DNA of 61,582 nucleotides from a virus: the IMG/VR virus record IMGVR_UViG_3300045988_102840, positions 1 through 61,582 of that record. One strand, written 5' to 3'. Positions 7,086-14,962 of the stretch are shown piece by piece. The first letter of the stretch is position 1. Every line of letters starts with the position of its first letter. A program made the position numbers and the translations under genes. The notes under the pieces were generated by a model. It saw nothing but the letters and a program-made list of their open reading frames with translations, was not told the DNA's origin and made no database searches.

Positions 7086-7189
7086 TGCGACATGGTGGAA
7101 TGGTAGACGCAGCACTCTATGATAGGAATGTCAAACCTTAGATGTGTGGAGCTTGACAACTCGTCCCGGTTCGAGTCCGGGTGTCGCAA
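7086..7189 (+). tRNA. tRNA-like gene 2: class-II-like acceptor, D and T arms, but a 53-nt non-canonical middle
   Basis: Acceptor TGCGACA/TGTCGCA (7086-7092/7182-7188). U8. D arm GTG-GAATGGTAGA-CGC. T arm CCCGG-TTCGAGT-CCGGG. No 5+7+5 anticodon arm can be drawn in 7112-7164. Confidence 0.5.
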
Positions 7190-7224
7190 CATCTTCACTA
7201 CAGATGAAGTATTTGTTTAGTCGT

Positions 7225-7254
7225 AGCCGGGCGGTCTGTGAAGATAGTCCGGTT
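7225..7254 (+). other. hairpin with loop GGTCTGTGAAGATA, followed by a T-run
   Basis: Stem AGCCGGGC/GTCCGGTT (8 bp, 2 G-U). The 13-nt loop core is identical to the one at 11650-11662. Confidence 0.6.
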
Positions 7255-7282
7255 TTTCTTGAAACCAATTAATAACAATCAT

Positions 7283-7759
7283 ATGAAAACATTACAATTA
7301 AGTGAACAAAAAGCCCGTGAACTATATCGGAGCGGTTCAAAAGAATTAAAAACAGTATTGGAAGAATCTTTTGGAAAGGATTTCTTTTCACAAGACGTTA
7401 CAGAAAGAGTGAAAACCTACCTTGATGCTTGCCACGAGTTGGGAAGGGAACCACTCGATGAGAAAAAGCTATTGGAGTTAGGCTTGACGGAACACGATAT
7501 TGCTTATCAAAAGCTGGCTATCGTTACGGAAGCTCTAAATGAAGGTCAGAAACTTAATGTGTGCGATGCTAACGTGAAACGCTGGTATCCGTGGTTCAAG
7601 CCTAATGGGTCTCCTTCCTCTTTCGCTTTCCACGGTTCGCATTGCGGTCTTGCGTGTGCGTTTGCGGGTAGCGGGTCTCGCCTTTGTTTGAAAAGCGAAA
7701 AGCTTTCCAATTATTGCGGGAAACAATTCATTGATTTGTGGAAACAATTTATTCTATAA
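7283..7759 (+). CDS. hypothetical protein, paralog A (C-terminal SPSSFAF...AGSGSRLC motif)
   Basis: ORF track gives 7238..7759. I moved the start to Met16 (7283), downstream of the hairpin. It is similar to 7778..8251 along its whole length. Confidence 0.65.
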   Translation: MKTLQLSEQKARELYRSGSKELKTVLEESFGKDFFSQDVTERVKTYLDACHELGREPLDEKKLLELGLTEHDIAYQKLAIVTEALNEGQKLNVCDANVKRWYPWFKPNGSPSSFAFHGSHCGLACAFAGSGSRLCLKSEKLSNYCGKQFIDLWKQFIL

Positions 7760-7777
7760 CCCTATAAACTTACAATT

Positions 7778-8251
7778 ATGACTTTAAATGTAGATAAAAA
7801 GAACGCTTTAAAGGCTTGGAGAGAAGCGGACAATAAAGGAAAGCAGATGCTTGAAAATCTATACGGCAAAGAAATATTTGCCAATCAAAACGTAATGGAT
7901 AGAATCAAAACGTTTGAAGACGCAATGGAAGAAACAGGAAGAAAAGGTGTCCCTGATTTTTCAGATTTACCCAAAGACATGCGCAGGCATTTCATTGCGT
8001 TATATAAAATGGAAGTTATTACGGAAGCTCTGAATGAAGGCTGGAAAGCAGACTGGGATAACTCGGATGAGAACAAGTATTATCCCTATTTCATTATGTC
8101 TCCTTCCTCTTTCGCTTTCGACTTTTCGCATTACGCTTATGCGTTTGCGAATGCGGGTAGCGGGTCTCGCCTTTGTTATAAAACACGCGGACTTGCGGAA
8201 TATTCGGCAAAAAAATTTATTGACATTTGGAAAGACATCCAGATAGGATAA
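7778..8251 (+). CDS. hypothetical protein, paralog B of 7283..7759
   Basis: Shared blocks: ITEALNEGW/VTEALNEGQ, SPSSFAF, AGSGSRLC, FIDIWK/FIDLWK. Confidence 0.7.
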   Translation: MTLNVDKKNALKAWREADNKGKQMLENLYGKEIFANQNVMDRIKTFEDAMEETGRKGVPDFSDLPKDMRRHFIALYKMEVITEALNEGWKADWDNSDENKYYPYFIMSPSSFAFDFSHYAYAFANAGSGSRLCYKTRGLAEYSAKKFIDIWKDIQIG

Positions 8252-8299
8252 GCATACAAAGGTCGTCTGCCCTTGTCTCCTTCCTCTTAAAAATAAATT

Positions 8300-8863
8300 A
8301 TGGAACAAGAAATTTGGAAAGATATAATTGGATATGAAGGGATATATCAAATATCCAGTTTAGGTAGAGTAAAATCTGTGAGCAGATATGTAAACCATAT
8401 AAATGGAGTAAGACATGTTCATAGTAAAATTTTAAAGCCTAATAGTTGTTCTCTTTATTTAAATATTAGTCTTAGTAGAAAATGTGTAATGAATAGATTC
8501 ACTATACATAGGCTTGTAGCTAAAGCTTTTATTCCTAACCCTAATAATCTTCCACAAGTTAATCATAGAGACGGTAATAAATTTAATAATAAAGTAGAAA
8601 ATCTTGAATGGTGTTCTTCCTCTGATAATCAAAAACACGCATATAGAATTGGGTTAAAAAAAACTCCTAATTTAGGCAGATTCGGCAGTCTAAATCATTC
8701 ATCTAAAGTTATAATACAATATAGTTTAACAGGAGTGCCAATTCAAGAATACGGAAGCACAAGAGAGGCTTCCAGAGTTACTAAAATAAATCAAGGAACT
8801 ATAGCAGCATGCGCAAGAGGGGAAAGAGCATCAGCCGGTTCTTATAAATGGAGATATAAATAA
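8300..8863 (+). CDS. HNH homing endonuclease (NUMOD4-like N-terminus, HNH core, C-terminal DNA-binding module)
   Basis: EIWKDIIGYEGIYQISSLGRVKS (NUMOD4-type) and HRLVAKAFIPNPNNLPQVNHRDGNKFNNKVENLEW (HNH). The coding sequence is visibly AT-rich. Confidence 0.85.
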   Translation: MEQEIWKDIIGYEGIYQISSLGRVKSVSRYVNHINGVRHVHSKILKPNSCSLYLNISLSRKCVMNRFTIHRLVAKAFIPNPNNLPQVNHRDGNKFNNKVENLEWCSSSDNQKHAYRIGLKKTPNLGRFGSLNHSSKVIIQYSLTGVPIQEYGSTREASRVTKINQGTIAACARGERASAGSYKWRYK

Positions 8864-8977
8864 CCAAATTCAGCCGCAGAAAAGGTCAGAGCTATTACCG
8901 TACTAAAAGCCGTGAGAGAAGCGAAGTGCGCACCGCTTCCCTTTAACCTTGTACGGGCGGTTTAAAAACACAATACA

Positions 8978-9214
8978 ATGGAAAATGAACTTGAAGAACT
9001 GTACAAGGAGCTGAACGAAGTCAAAGCTTGTGATTTGGAATATCTTCCCAAATACGGCTATTCTTCAAAAGAAGAAATCATTCAGCTTATAGAGGAAGAT
9101 ATTGAGGAGTTGCGCGCAGAACTCGAATGTAATCAATATGATTATACACCTGAAGAACTCGAAGACGAAAGTATGTTTCTTTGCGTTAGTCAAGGGCTAT
9201 CAAGATATTGTTAA
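8978..9214 (+). CDS. hypothetical acidic protein (78 aa)
   Basis: ORF track. It lies directly upstream of recT. Confidence 0.55.
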   Translation: MENELEELYKELNEVKACDLEYLPKYGYSSKEEIIQLIEEDIEELRAELECNQYDYTPEELEDESMFLCVSQGLSRYC

Positions 9215-9232
9215 ACTAAAAAAACATTTATA

Positions 9233-10048
9233 ATGAGTACAATAACGACAATCCCGCAGCTTAAATCAATGCTTGCGAATGACAATGTGAAAGCACGTTT
9301 CAAAGAAATTCTCGGAAAGAAAGCGCCGGGATTTATCAGTTCGATAGTAGCGGTTGCCAATAGCAATACATTGCTTCAAAAGGCAGAACCACAGTCTATC
9401 ATGAATGCCGCTGTGGTAGCAGCTACTTTAGATTTACCTATCAATCCCAATCTCGGATTTGCTTACGTTGTCCCTTACGGTAATCAAGCGCAATTTCAAA
9501 TGGGCTGGAGAGGTTTTGTTCAACTTGCTATGCGTAGCGGTCAATATAAGACAATAAACGTAAATGAGATATATGAGGGGGAGATAAAGAAGTCGAACCG
9601 ATTTACCGGAGAATATGAATTTGGAGAACGCTCTTCTGATAAGATAGTAGGCTATATGGCTTATTTCAGTCTCATCAACGGTTTTGAGAAGTTTCTCTAT
9701 ATGAGCAAGGAAGATTGCGAAAAACACGGAAGGAAGTTTTCACAAACGTATAAACGCGGCACAGGCATATGGTCTACCGACTTTGACTCTATGGCAAAGA
9801 AGACAGTTTTAAAAATGCTACTTTCTAAGTTTGGTATCTTAAGTATTGAAATGCAACGCGCCCAAACATTCGACCAGGCTATTATAAAAGATAACCTGAC
9901 AGAAACCGACATAGACGAAGCCGAAGTGTCGTACAATGATAATCCCGACAATGAGGAAGCCAGACGCAATGCAATGAAAGAGGCTTTGCAGGAAGCGGAA
10001 GTTGTCGATGAAAATACAGGCGAATTATTTAATACTGAGACAAAATGA
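9233..10048 (+). CDS. recT: RecT-family single-strand annealing recombinase
   Basis: The blocks SIMNAAVVAATLDLPINPNLGFAYVVPYG...FQMGWRGFVQLAMRSGQYK are characteristic of RecT. Confidence 0.85.
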   Translation: MSTITTIPQLKSMLANDNVKARFKEILGKKAPGFISSIVAVANSNTLLQKAEPQSIMNAAVVAATLDLPINPNLGFAYVVPYGNQAQFQMGWRGFVQLAMRSGQYKTINVNEIYEGEIKKSNRFTGEYEFGERSSDKIVGYMAYFSLINGFEKFLYMSKEDCEKHGRKFSQTYKRGTGIWSTDFDSMAKKTVLKMLLSKFGILSIEMQRAQTFDQAIIKDNLTETDIDEAEVSYNDNPDNEEARRNAMKEALQEAEVVDENTGELFNTETK

Positions 10049-10713
10049 TTGAACAGGGTAGTTTTGGATGGCTTCGCCAACGCCTGGGGAACTTTACGGG
10101 AAGTCGCATCGGGGACTTAATGACAAGCGGAAAGAAAGGGGAGCTGTTTGGGAAGACAGCCCTTTCATACATATATGAAGTCGCAGCAGAAAGAAACCTA
10201 CTCCCTAAGTATATTGAAGATGATTATCTGTTTGAGATATACCAAAACCAGGTAAGCATCAACAACAAGTTTATAGAGTTCGGACACGAAAATGAAGATT
10301 TTGCCGCCGAACGTTACCAGCTTGTCACAAGATTCGAACTTGAAGAGTGCGAAAGTATACAGCACCCTACAATACCTTACTTCTCCGCTTCTCCCGACCG
10401 CATAGCGATTAAAGACGGCTTAAGAAAGGTGGTGGAAATAAAATGTCCAACTCCTAAAAAGTTCATGGAGTATATGAATGAGGTTAAGGATAACGATACG
10501 CTTAAATCAGTAAATCCTCTATACTTCTACCAAGTACAAGCGGAGATGTCCTGTACAGGATTGAGCAAAGCTGATTTTGTCGTTTTCTGCCCTTTCCTGA
10601 AACATAACATTCACATTGTAGAGATAACAAGGGACGATGCCGTAATCGCTGAATTTGAGAGACGGATAACCGAAGCAAACAAAATCATTAATCAAATACT
10701 GAATAAAAAATGA
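10045..10713 (+). CDS. YqaJ-like viral recombinase exonuclease (PD-(D/E)xK)
   Basis: GSFGWLRQRLGNFTGSRIGDLM...SASPDRI...VVEIKCP...YFYQVQAEM. The start overlaps the recT stop (ATGA). Confidence 0.8.
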   Translation: MIEQGSFGWLRQRLGNFTGSRIGDLMTSGKKGELFGKTALSYIYEVAAERNLLPKYIEDDYLFEIYQNQVSINNKFIEFGHENEDFAAERYQLVTRFELEECESIQHPTIPYFSASPDRIAIKDGLRKVVEIKCPTPKKFMEYMNEVKDNDTLKSVNPLYFYQVQAEMSCTGLSKADFVVFCPFLKHNIHIVEITRDDAVIAEFERRITEANKIINQILNKK

Positions 10714-11090
10714 ATTTAACCGGAAGCGTAAATTTGCTAAAGCTCGAAAAAGCGGGCATAGCAACAATCAAGAATAAGAAATGCGTTGTCATTCCGATAG
10801 AAGAAAACGACCTTTATGTAAGTATAGACGAGAACCTGAAAGCAAAAGCCGTCTATCTTAACGTTAATATTAATGAGCGTAGAGAGCCGAACCAATACGG
10901 CAATACCCATTACTGCAAACAATACTTATCAAAGCAGTATAAGGATGCGAACAAGGCAGAAGCAGAAGCCAAGTCAAAAGTTTACCTGGGAGACTTCAAG
11001 CCTTATGAATTTGAGGGTTCCGGGAATGCTGCGGCTACGGTGGATGCACCATCCCTACAGACTGACGGGGAAGACGACCTCCCGTTCTAA
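10710..11090 (+). CDS. putative single-stranded-DNA-binding protein (non-canonical body, SSB-type acidic tail ...GEDDLPF)
   Basis: It is the third gene of the recT-exo module and has the C-terminal DDLPF partner-binding tip typical of SSBs. Confidence 0.5.
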   Translation: MNLTGSVNLLKLEKAGIATIKNKKCVVIPIEENDLYVSIDENLKAKAVYLNVNINERREPNQYGNTHYCKQYLSKQYKDANKAEAEAKSKVYLGDFKPYEFEGSGNAAATVDAPSLQTDGEDDLPF

Positions 11091-11116
11091 TGTGTAACCT
11101 ATAAACATATAATATC

Positions 11117-11515
11117 ATGCTGTACGAATTTAAGCTAAAAGTAAACAAGGTTAACGAGAAAGGCGATGAAAAGGAAGTCACCGAACATTACATAACCGAT
11201 GATGAGCTTTTCGGTCATGTGGAATTGAAAGGCAATGAGCTATACAACGGTGAGTGTGATGTTTTCGCAATCAGCCGGAGTAAGATACGTGAGATTGTCA
11301 ATGAGAAGCAGGAAGATGAGTTCTTTTATAAGGTTACTCTTGTTGAGATTTTCGTAGACGAAAACGGGAAAGAAAAAGAGAGCAAGTATTATGTTCTAAT
11401 AGCCGCAAAAGACATGGACGATGCCAACAGAAAGGCGGCGGAATACATGAAACAGGGGCTTCAAGACATGAAGCTGGACGCTATTGCAAAGACAAAGATT
11501 TTAGACTTGATATAA
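11117..11515 (+). CDS. hypothetical protein (132 aa)
   Basis: ORF track, with protein-like composition. Confidence 0.6.
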   Translation: MLYEFKLKVNKVNEKGDEKEVTEHYITDDELFGHVELKGNELYNGECDVFAISRSKIREIVNEKQEDEFFYKVTLVEIFVDENGKEKESKYYVLIAAKDMDDANRKAAEYMKQGLQDMKLDAIAKTKILDLI

Positions 11516-11641
11516 TTAACCGAAAGCCCTCTGCTCACACAGAAGTCCCGTGAAAGGTTCGGGTTAAGTGATTTAATTTCAGCTAACAGTTAACTATCCC
11601 GGTGTGGCTTGACCGCCTATCCGGGAACTATTTGTTAACCT

Positions 11642-11671
11642 GCCTGTCCGGTCTGTGAAGATTGGGCGGGC
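11642..11671 (+). other. hairpin with loop GGTCTGTGAAGATT, second copy of the motif
   Basis: Stem GCCTGTCC/GGGCGGGC (8 bp, 2 G-U). The stem sequence differs from 7225-7254 but pairing is kept. It ends 6 nt before tRNA-like frame 3. Confidence 0.6.
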
Positions 11672-11677
11672 AAAAAT

Positions 11678-11887
11678 GGTGGTATGGCGGAACAACGAGA
11701 GACGCTAAAGTGAAGCTCTTATAGATAGGTTGGTAAGTCAATGTGTTACGGTTAGCCGTAAAAAAAAATTCAAACCACTGAGTTAATAACGGGTAATGCC
11801 GAATAGACCGCAATGTCAATGAATAAACTACTTGGTGAAAGTCCAAGAAAAACTCCTATCATGCAGGTGCAAGTCCTGCTACCACCT
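11678..11887 (+). ncRNA. tRNA-like frame 3: 7-bp acceptor, D-arm-like and T-arm-like helices enclosing about 155 nt
   Basis: GGTGGTA (11678-11684) pairs perfectly with TACCACC (11880-11886). TG-GCG...CGC D-arm mimic. GCAGG-TGCAAGT-CCTGC hairpin abuts the 3' acceptor strand. AATGTCAA is shared with frame 2. Confidence 0.35.
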
Positions 11888-11976
11888 CATAAATGTGAGC
11901 CACACGTAAATGGCATGGGTTAGTAATAATGGTTGTGCCCTGGAGAATACGCTTCGGGGCTTTAATAAAAAACATC

Positions 11977-12432
11977 ATGGAAACAAAAGAAATTACCAAG
12001 ACTATTTACACTGCAAATGACGGGAAAGAGTTCTTAACGAAAGAAGATTGCGAAAAGCATGAAAGGTTTGTTGAAGAAATACTTTCACGTATTAAGTATT
12101 TCTGTATCAGATGTAATCCTGACTTAACAGAAACAGGAAATTTCTCTCATAAAATATATGTGGCTGTGTTTTCTAAACATTACCTATATAAAGATATTGC
12201 ATTTCAATGGGCTTTAAAGAAGTTTGGTACTTACTTAGGGGAAAGCGTAATGGGATATGGCTTCCAACCCCATTTTAATGTAAGTGAAGTTTCTAAAGAA
12301 GAATACGAAAACTGCCCACCTACTGAATGGGGAGGCTCGAAATTAGAAAGTGAGAAAATATTCCTTAGTCCCAAATCGGTAGAAGGATTTCCTGAAAACA
12401 TTGACTACATGGAAGAATGGGGATTCAAATAA
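11977..12432 (+). CDS. hypothetical protein (151 aa)
   Basis: ORF track gives 11929..12432. I moved the start to Met17 (METKEITK), downstream of the structured region. Confidence 0.6.
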   Translation: METKEITKTIYTANDGKEFLTKEDCEKHERFVEEILSRIKYFCIRCNPDLTETGNFSHKIYVAVFSKHYLYKDIAFQWALKKFGTYLGESVMGYGFQPHFNVSEVSKEEYENCPPTEWGGSKLESEKIFLSPKSVEGFPENIDYMEEWGFK

Positions 12433-12440
12433 AAACTTGA

Positions 12441-12605
12441 ATGAAACTTACAATAACCAAATCCGAAGGTGCAATCATTCAGAAGCTTATCGCAGACCGA
12501 AAGTCAGACATTCATAATATTGGAGGTGACAGCAAGCAGGCAGAGCGTCTAAGTAAGCTGAACAAGAAGATTGCAAGGCAGATAAAGAAACAATACAAGA
12601 CATGA
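12441..12605 (+). CDS. hypothetical 54-aa protein
   Basis: Read by hand: MKLTITKSEGAIIQKLIADRKSDIHNIGGDSKQAERLSKLNKKIARQIKKQYKT. Its stop overlaps the next ATG (ATGA at 12602). Confidence 0.5.
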   Translation: MKLTITKSEGAIIQKLIADRKSDIHNIGGDSKQAERLSKLNKKIARQIKKQYKT

Positions 12606-12787
12606 GTCCTTACGTAATAACTTCTGCGGTTCTTATTACTTATGACGGAAAGAAGATACCATTGGAAAACATAGAGAGTGAAATAATGACCCGACCTATC
12701 CAGTTGACTAAGGAGAGGATACTCGATGCTTTCTCCACGATGAAGGACAAGCCGGTGAATGTTGAACTTAAAATAAAGCATATATGA
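12602..12787 (+). CDS. hypothetical protein (61 aa)
   Basis: ORF track. It is translationally coupled on both sides. Confidence 0.5.
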   Translation: MSPYVITSAVLITYDGKKIPLENIESEIMTRPIQLTKERILDAFSTMKDKPVNVELKIKHI

Positions 12788-12788
12788 T

Positions 12789-13151
12789 ATGGAATATAAA
12801 GCTGCCATAAAAGGTAACGCCCCATCAAAGGCTAATTGCTACAAGATAGTAACCATTAACGGACACAGATGTTTGGCTAAGACTCCTGCATTAAAAAAAT
12901 ATGAGGAATCTTTTATTTGGCAGGCTGGAAAGTTGAGGGATTTGAATATAAACGAGCCGTTTGAGTTCCACATTGACGTGTATTATCCGAGCAAACGTAG
13001 TGATTTGGATAATGTATTGAAACTGCAACTTGACGTGTTACAGCGTATAAAGTGTATAAAGAACGATAATAACTGTTGCCTTATCCATGCACGCAAATTC
13101 GTTGATAAGGACAATCCTCGTGTTGAGATTACTATCAAGACTTTGGATTAA
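12789..13151 (+). CDS. rusA: RusA-family Holliday junction resolvase
   Basis: 120 aa, with ..DVYYPSKRSDLDNVLKLQLDVLQ.., which fits the RusA acidic catalytic motif. Confidence 0.7.
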   Translation: MEYKAAIKGNAPSKANCYKIVTINGHRCLAKTPALKKYEESFIWQAGKLRDLNINEPFEFHIDVYYPSKRSDLDNVLKLQLDVLQRIKCIKNDNNCCLIHARKFVDKDNPRVEITIKTLD

Positions 13152-13190
13152 AAAAATATAGTTTTCCTTTGGCATTTTGATTTGAGTGTG

Positions 13191-13398
13191 TATCTTTGCG
13201 GTGTTTTCCCGCCAAGAAAACATCTTTATTAGCTTAGATATATGGATTTTTTATATCCATTCGACAGATTATATCTATAAATATAGGCTGTTCGTATTCC
13301 CTTGTGAACTATGTATCTTTGCTGATAGTAGTGTTTCTTGGCGGAAAACAGGGAAGCGGACAGCTTTCTTTTTATACATAACTCAAATTCTAATCACA
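13191..13398 (+). promoter_or_regulatory. leader D: two TAtcTTTG boxes plus a 19-21-nt long-range inverted repeat upstream of the AntA-like gene
   Basis: -7 boxes at 13191-13198 and 13314-13321. TGTTTTCCCGCCAAGAAAACA (13202-13222) pairs with TGTTTCTTGGCGGAAAACA (13332-13350). Confidence 0.5.
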
Positions 13399-14025
13399 AT
13401 GCCAAGAAACTTAGAATTGGAGAATGGGAGAATAATATGTACCCCACAATCTACGTTAGTTGCTAACGAGAAAGCAACAACTCTATCCTTATCTTCTTCA
13501 ACCGAAGAAATCAAACGCTATTTCAAAGCTATTTTAGAACTTTCAAAACTGAATGTTCCCTACCCTGTTAACCTTGATAGTTGCTGGATGCTTGCCTATT
13601 CAAGAAAAGATAATGCGACTAAAGAATTAACTAAAAACTTCATCCAAGACGTTGATTATCAAGTTTTGCGCCAAAAAGCGGAAAACCCAAAAGGCGGCAG
13701 ACCAACAATAGAATACCACCTCTCCGTCTCCTGCTTAGAATACTTCATCGCCCGCAAAGTTCGCCCCGTATTTGACGTGTACCGTGAAGTCTTTCACAAG
13801 GTGAACGAAATTGCGCCAAAGGTTGCCAAGTCAAGTGCAGCCGACAAGCGTAAAATCGCAAAGCTTGAAAAGGAACTGGAGTTTACGAAAAAACTTCTCG
13901 AATGGACAAGATGGAGCGAACGCAGGGAGATTGAATTAAAATGCTCGTGCTTCTCTTTCCTCGTAAAGACGAAGCAGTACGACAAGTGGGCGGAATACAG
14001 AAAAACGGGAATAGTCAAGAAGTAA
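13399..14025 (+). CDS. AntA/AntB-like antirepressor domain protein
   Basis: ORF track gives 13186..14025. I moved the start to Met72 (MPRNLELENG). VNLDSCWMLAYSRKDNATKELTKNFIQDVDYQV resembles the AntA N-terminal domain, followed by a coiled-coil tail. Confidence 0.55.
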   Translation: MPRNLELENGRIICTPQSTLVANEKATTLSLSSSTEEIKRYFKAILELSKLNVPYPVNLDSCWMLAYSRKDNATKELTKNFIQDVDYQVLRQKAENPKGGRPTIEYHLSVSCLEYFIARKVRPVFDVYREVFHKVNEIAPKVAKSSAADKRKIAKLEKELEFTKKLLEWTRWSERREIELKCSCFSFLVKTKQYDKWAEYRKTGIVKK

Positions 14026-14138
14026 CAACCATGATTGAAATACTTATCGTGTTGGGTAGCCTTTTATCGGGCTACCTCACTTTCCGAAAAAAGGGAGAGA
14101 AACTTTTCTATTGAGCAAAATCTAAAAAATTAAATATT

Positions 14139-14951
14139 ATGAATACTTCAATTATTAAATTCGATTACAACGGAAATATAATTCCTTTTGAGAAAGGGAG
14201 TGATGTTATGGTAAACCTTACGGCTATGGCGAAAGCCTATCCCGATAAGAATTTATCCACAATTGTTAACTCGCAGGAAATCAGCGATTATTGCACATCA
14301 CTTTCCAAACTAAAAAATTTTAGTTTGGCTGATTTACTGATAGTTAAGAGAGGTGGAGATAATCCAGGCACTTGGGCACACCGTCTTGTCGCTATTCGTG
14401 TTGCACAAAAACTAAATTCCGATTTAGCGGTATGGGTGGATATGAGAGTAGATGAGCTTCTTAAATACGGTATGACCGCCACGCAGCCAACTTTGGAGCA
14501 GATGATAAACAACCCCGACCTTGTTATCAGCCTTGCCACGCAGTTAAAGAATGAGCGTGAGGAAAAGCAAAGAATGGCTTGCGAAAATCAAATTCTCAAA
14601 GAACAGAACAAAAATATAATTGAAGAAACCAAACCTGCTGTAACCTTTACAAACGCATTTAGTGGAGCGGAAAATTCATGCCTTATCGGAGAGCTTGCAA
14701 AATTAATTGCGCAGAATGGATACGATATAGGCGAAAAGAGATTGTTTGCATGGATGCGTAAAAACGGATATTTGGGCAAGCATGGAGAAAGATATAACGT
14801 GCCAAATCAGAAATACATAGAACAAGGGTTGTTTGTAATCAAAAAAGGCGTACGCTCTGGAAGTAATGGCGTTTTACATACGACATTGACTACAAAAGTT
14901 AGTGGCAAAGGACAAGTTTACTTCGTGAACAAATTTCTTAATACCATATAG
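14139..14951 (+). CDS. KilA-N domain plus KilAC (antirepressor C-terminal) domain protein
   Basis: VNLTAMAKAYPDKNLSTIVNS...GTWAHRLVAIRVAQKLNSDLAVWV (KilA-N). LIGELAKLIAQNGYDIGEKRLFAWMRKNGYL...KVSGKGQVYFVNKF (KilAC). Confidence 0.75.
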   Translation: MNTSIIKFDYNGNIIPFEKGSDVMVNLTAMAKAYPDKNLSTIVNSQEISDYCTSLSKLKNFSLADLLIVKRGGDNPGTWAHRLVAIRVAQKLNSDLAVWVDMRVDELLKYGMTATQPTLEQMINNPDLVISLATQLKNEREEKQRMACENQILKEQNKNIIEETKPAVTFTNAFSGAENSCLIGELAKLIAQNGYDIGEKRLFAWMRKNGYLGKHGERYNVPNQKYIEQGLFVIKKGVRSGSNGVLHTTLTTKVSGKGQVYFVNKFLNTI

Positions 14952-14962
14952 AAAGTAATAAT

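Noticed and set aside
11628-11846. 72-aa minus-strand ORF inside the 11.5-12.0 kb gap
   Set aside because: It has the opposite orientation to all neighbours and lies across the tRNA-like frame and hairpin motif. Nothing supports coding.
11770-11850. CCACTG ... GGTGAAAGTCC resembles fragments of the cobalamin riboswitch core
   Set aside because: The order of the boxes is reversed relative to the riboswitch consensus as I remember it. No B12-box is visible and no B12-related gene lies downstream.
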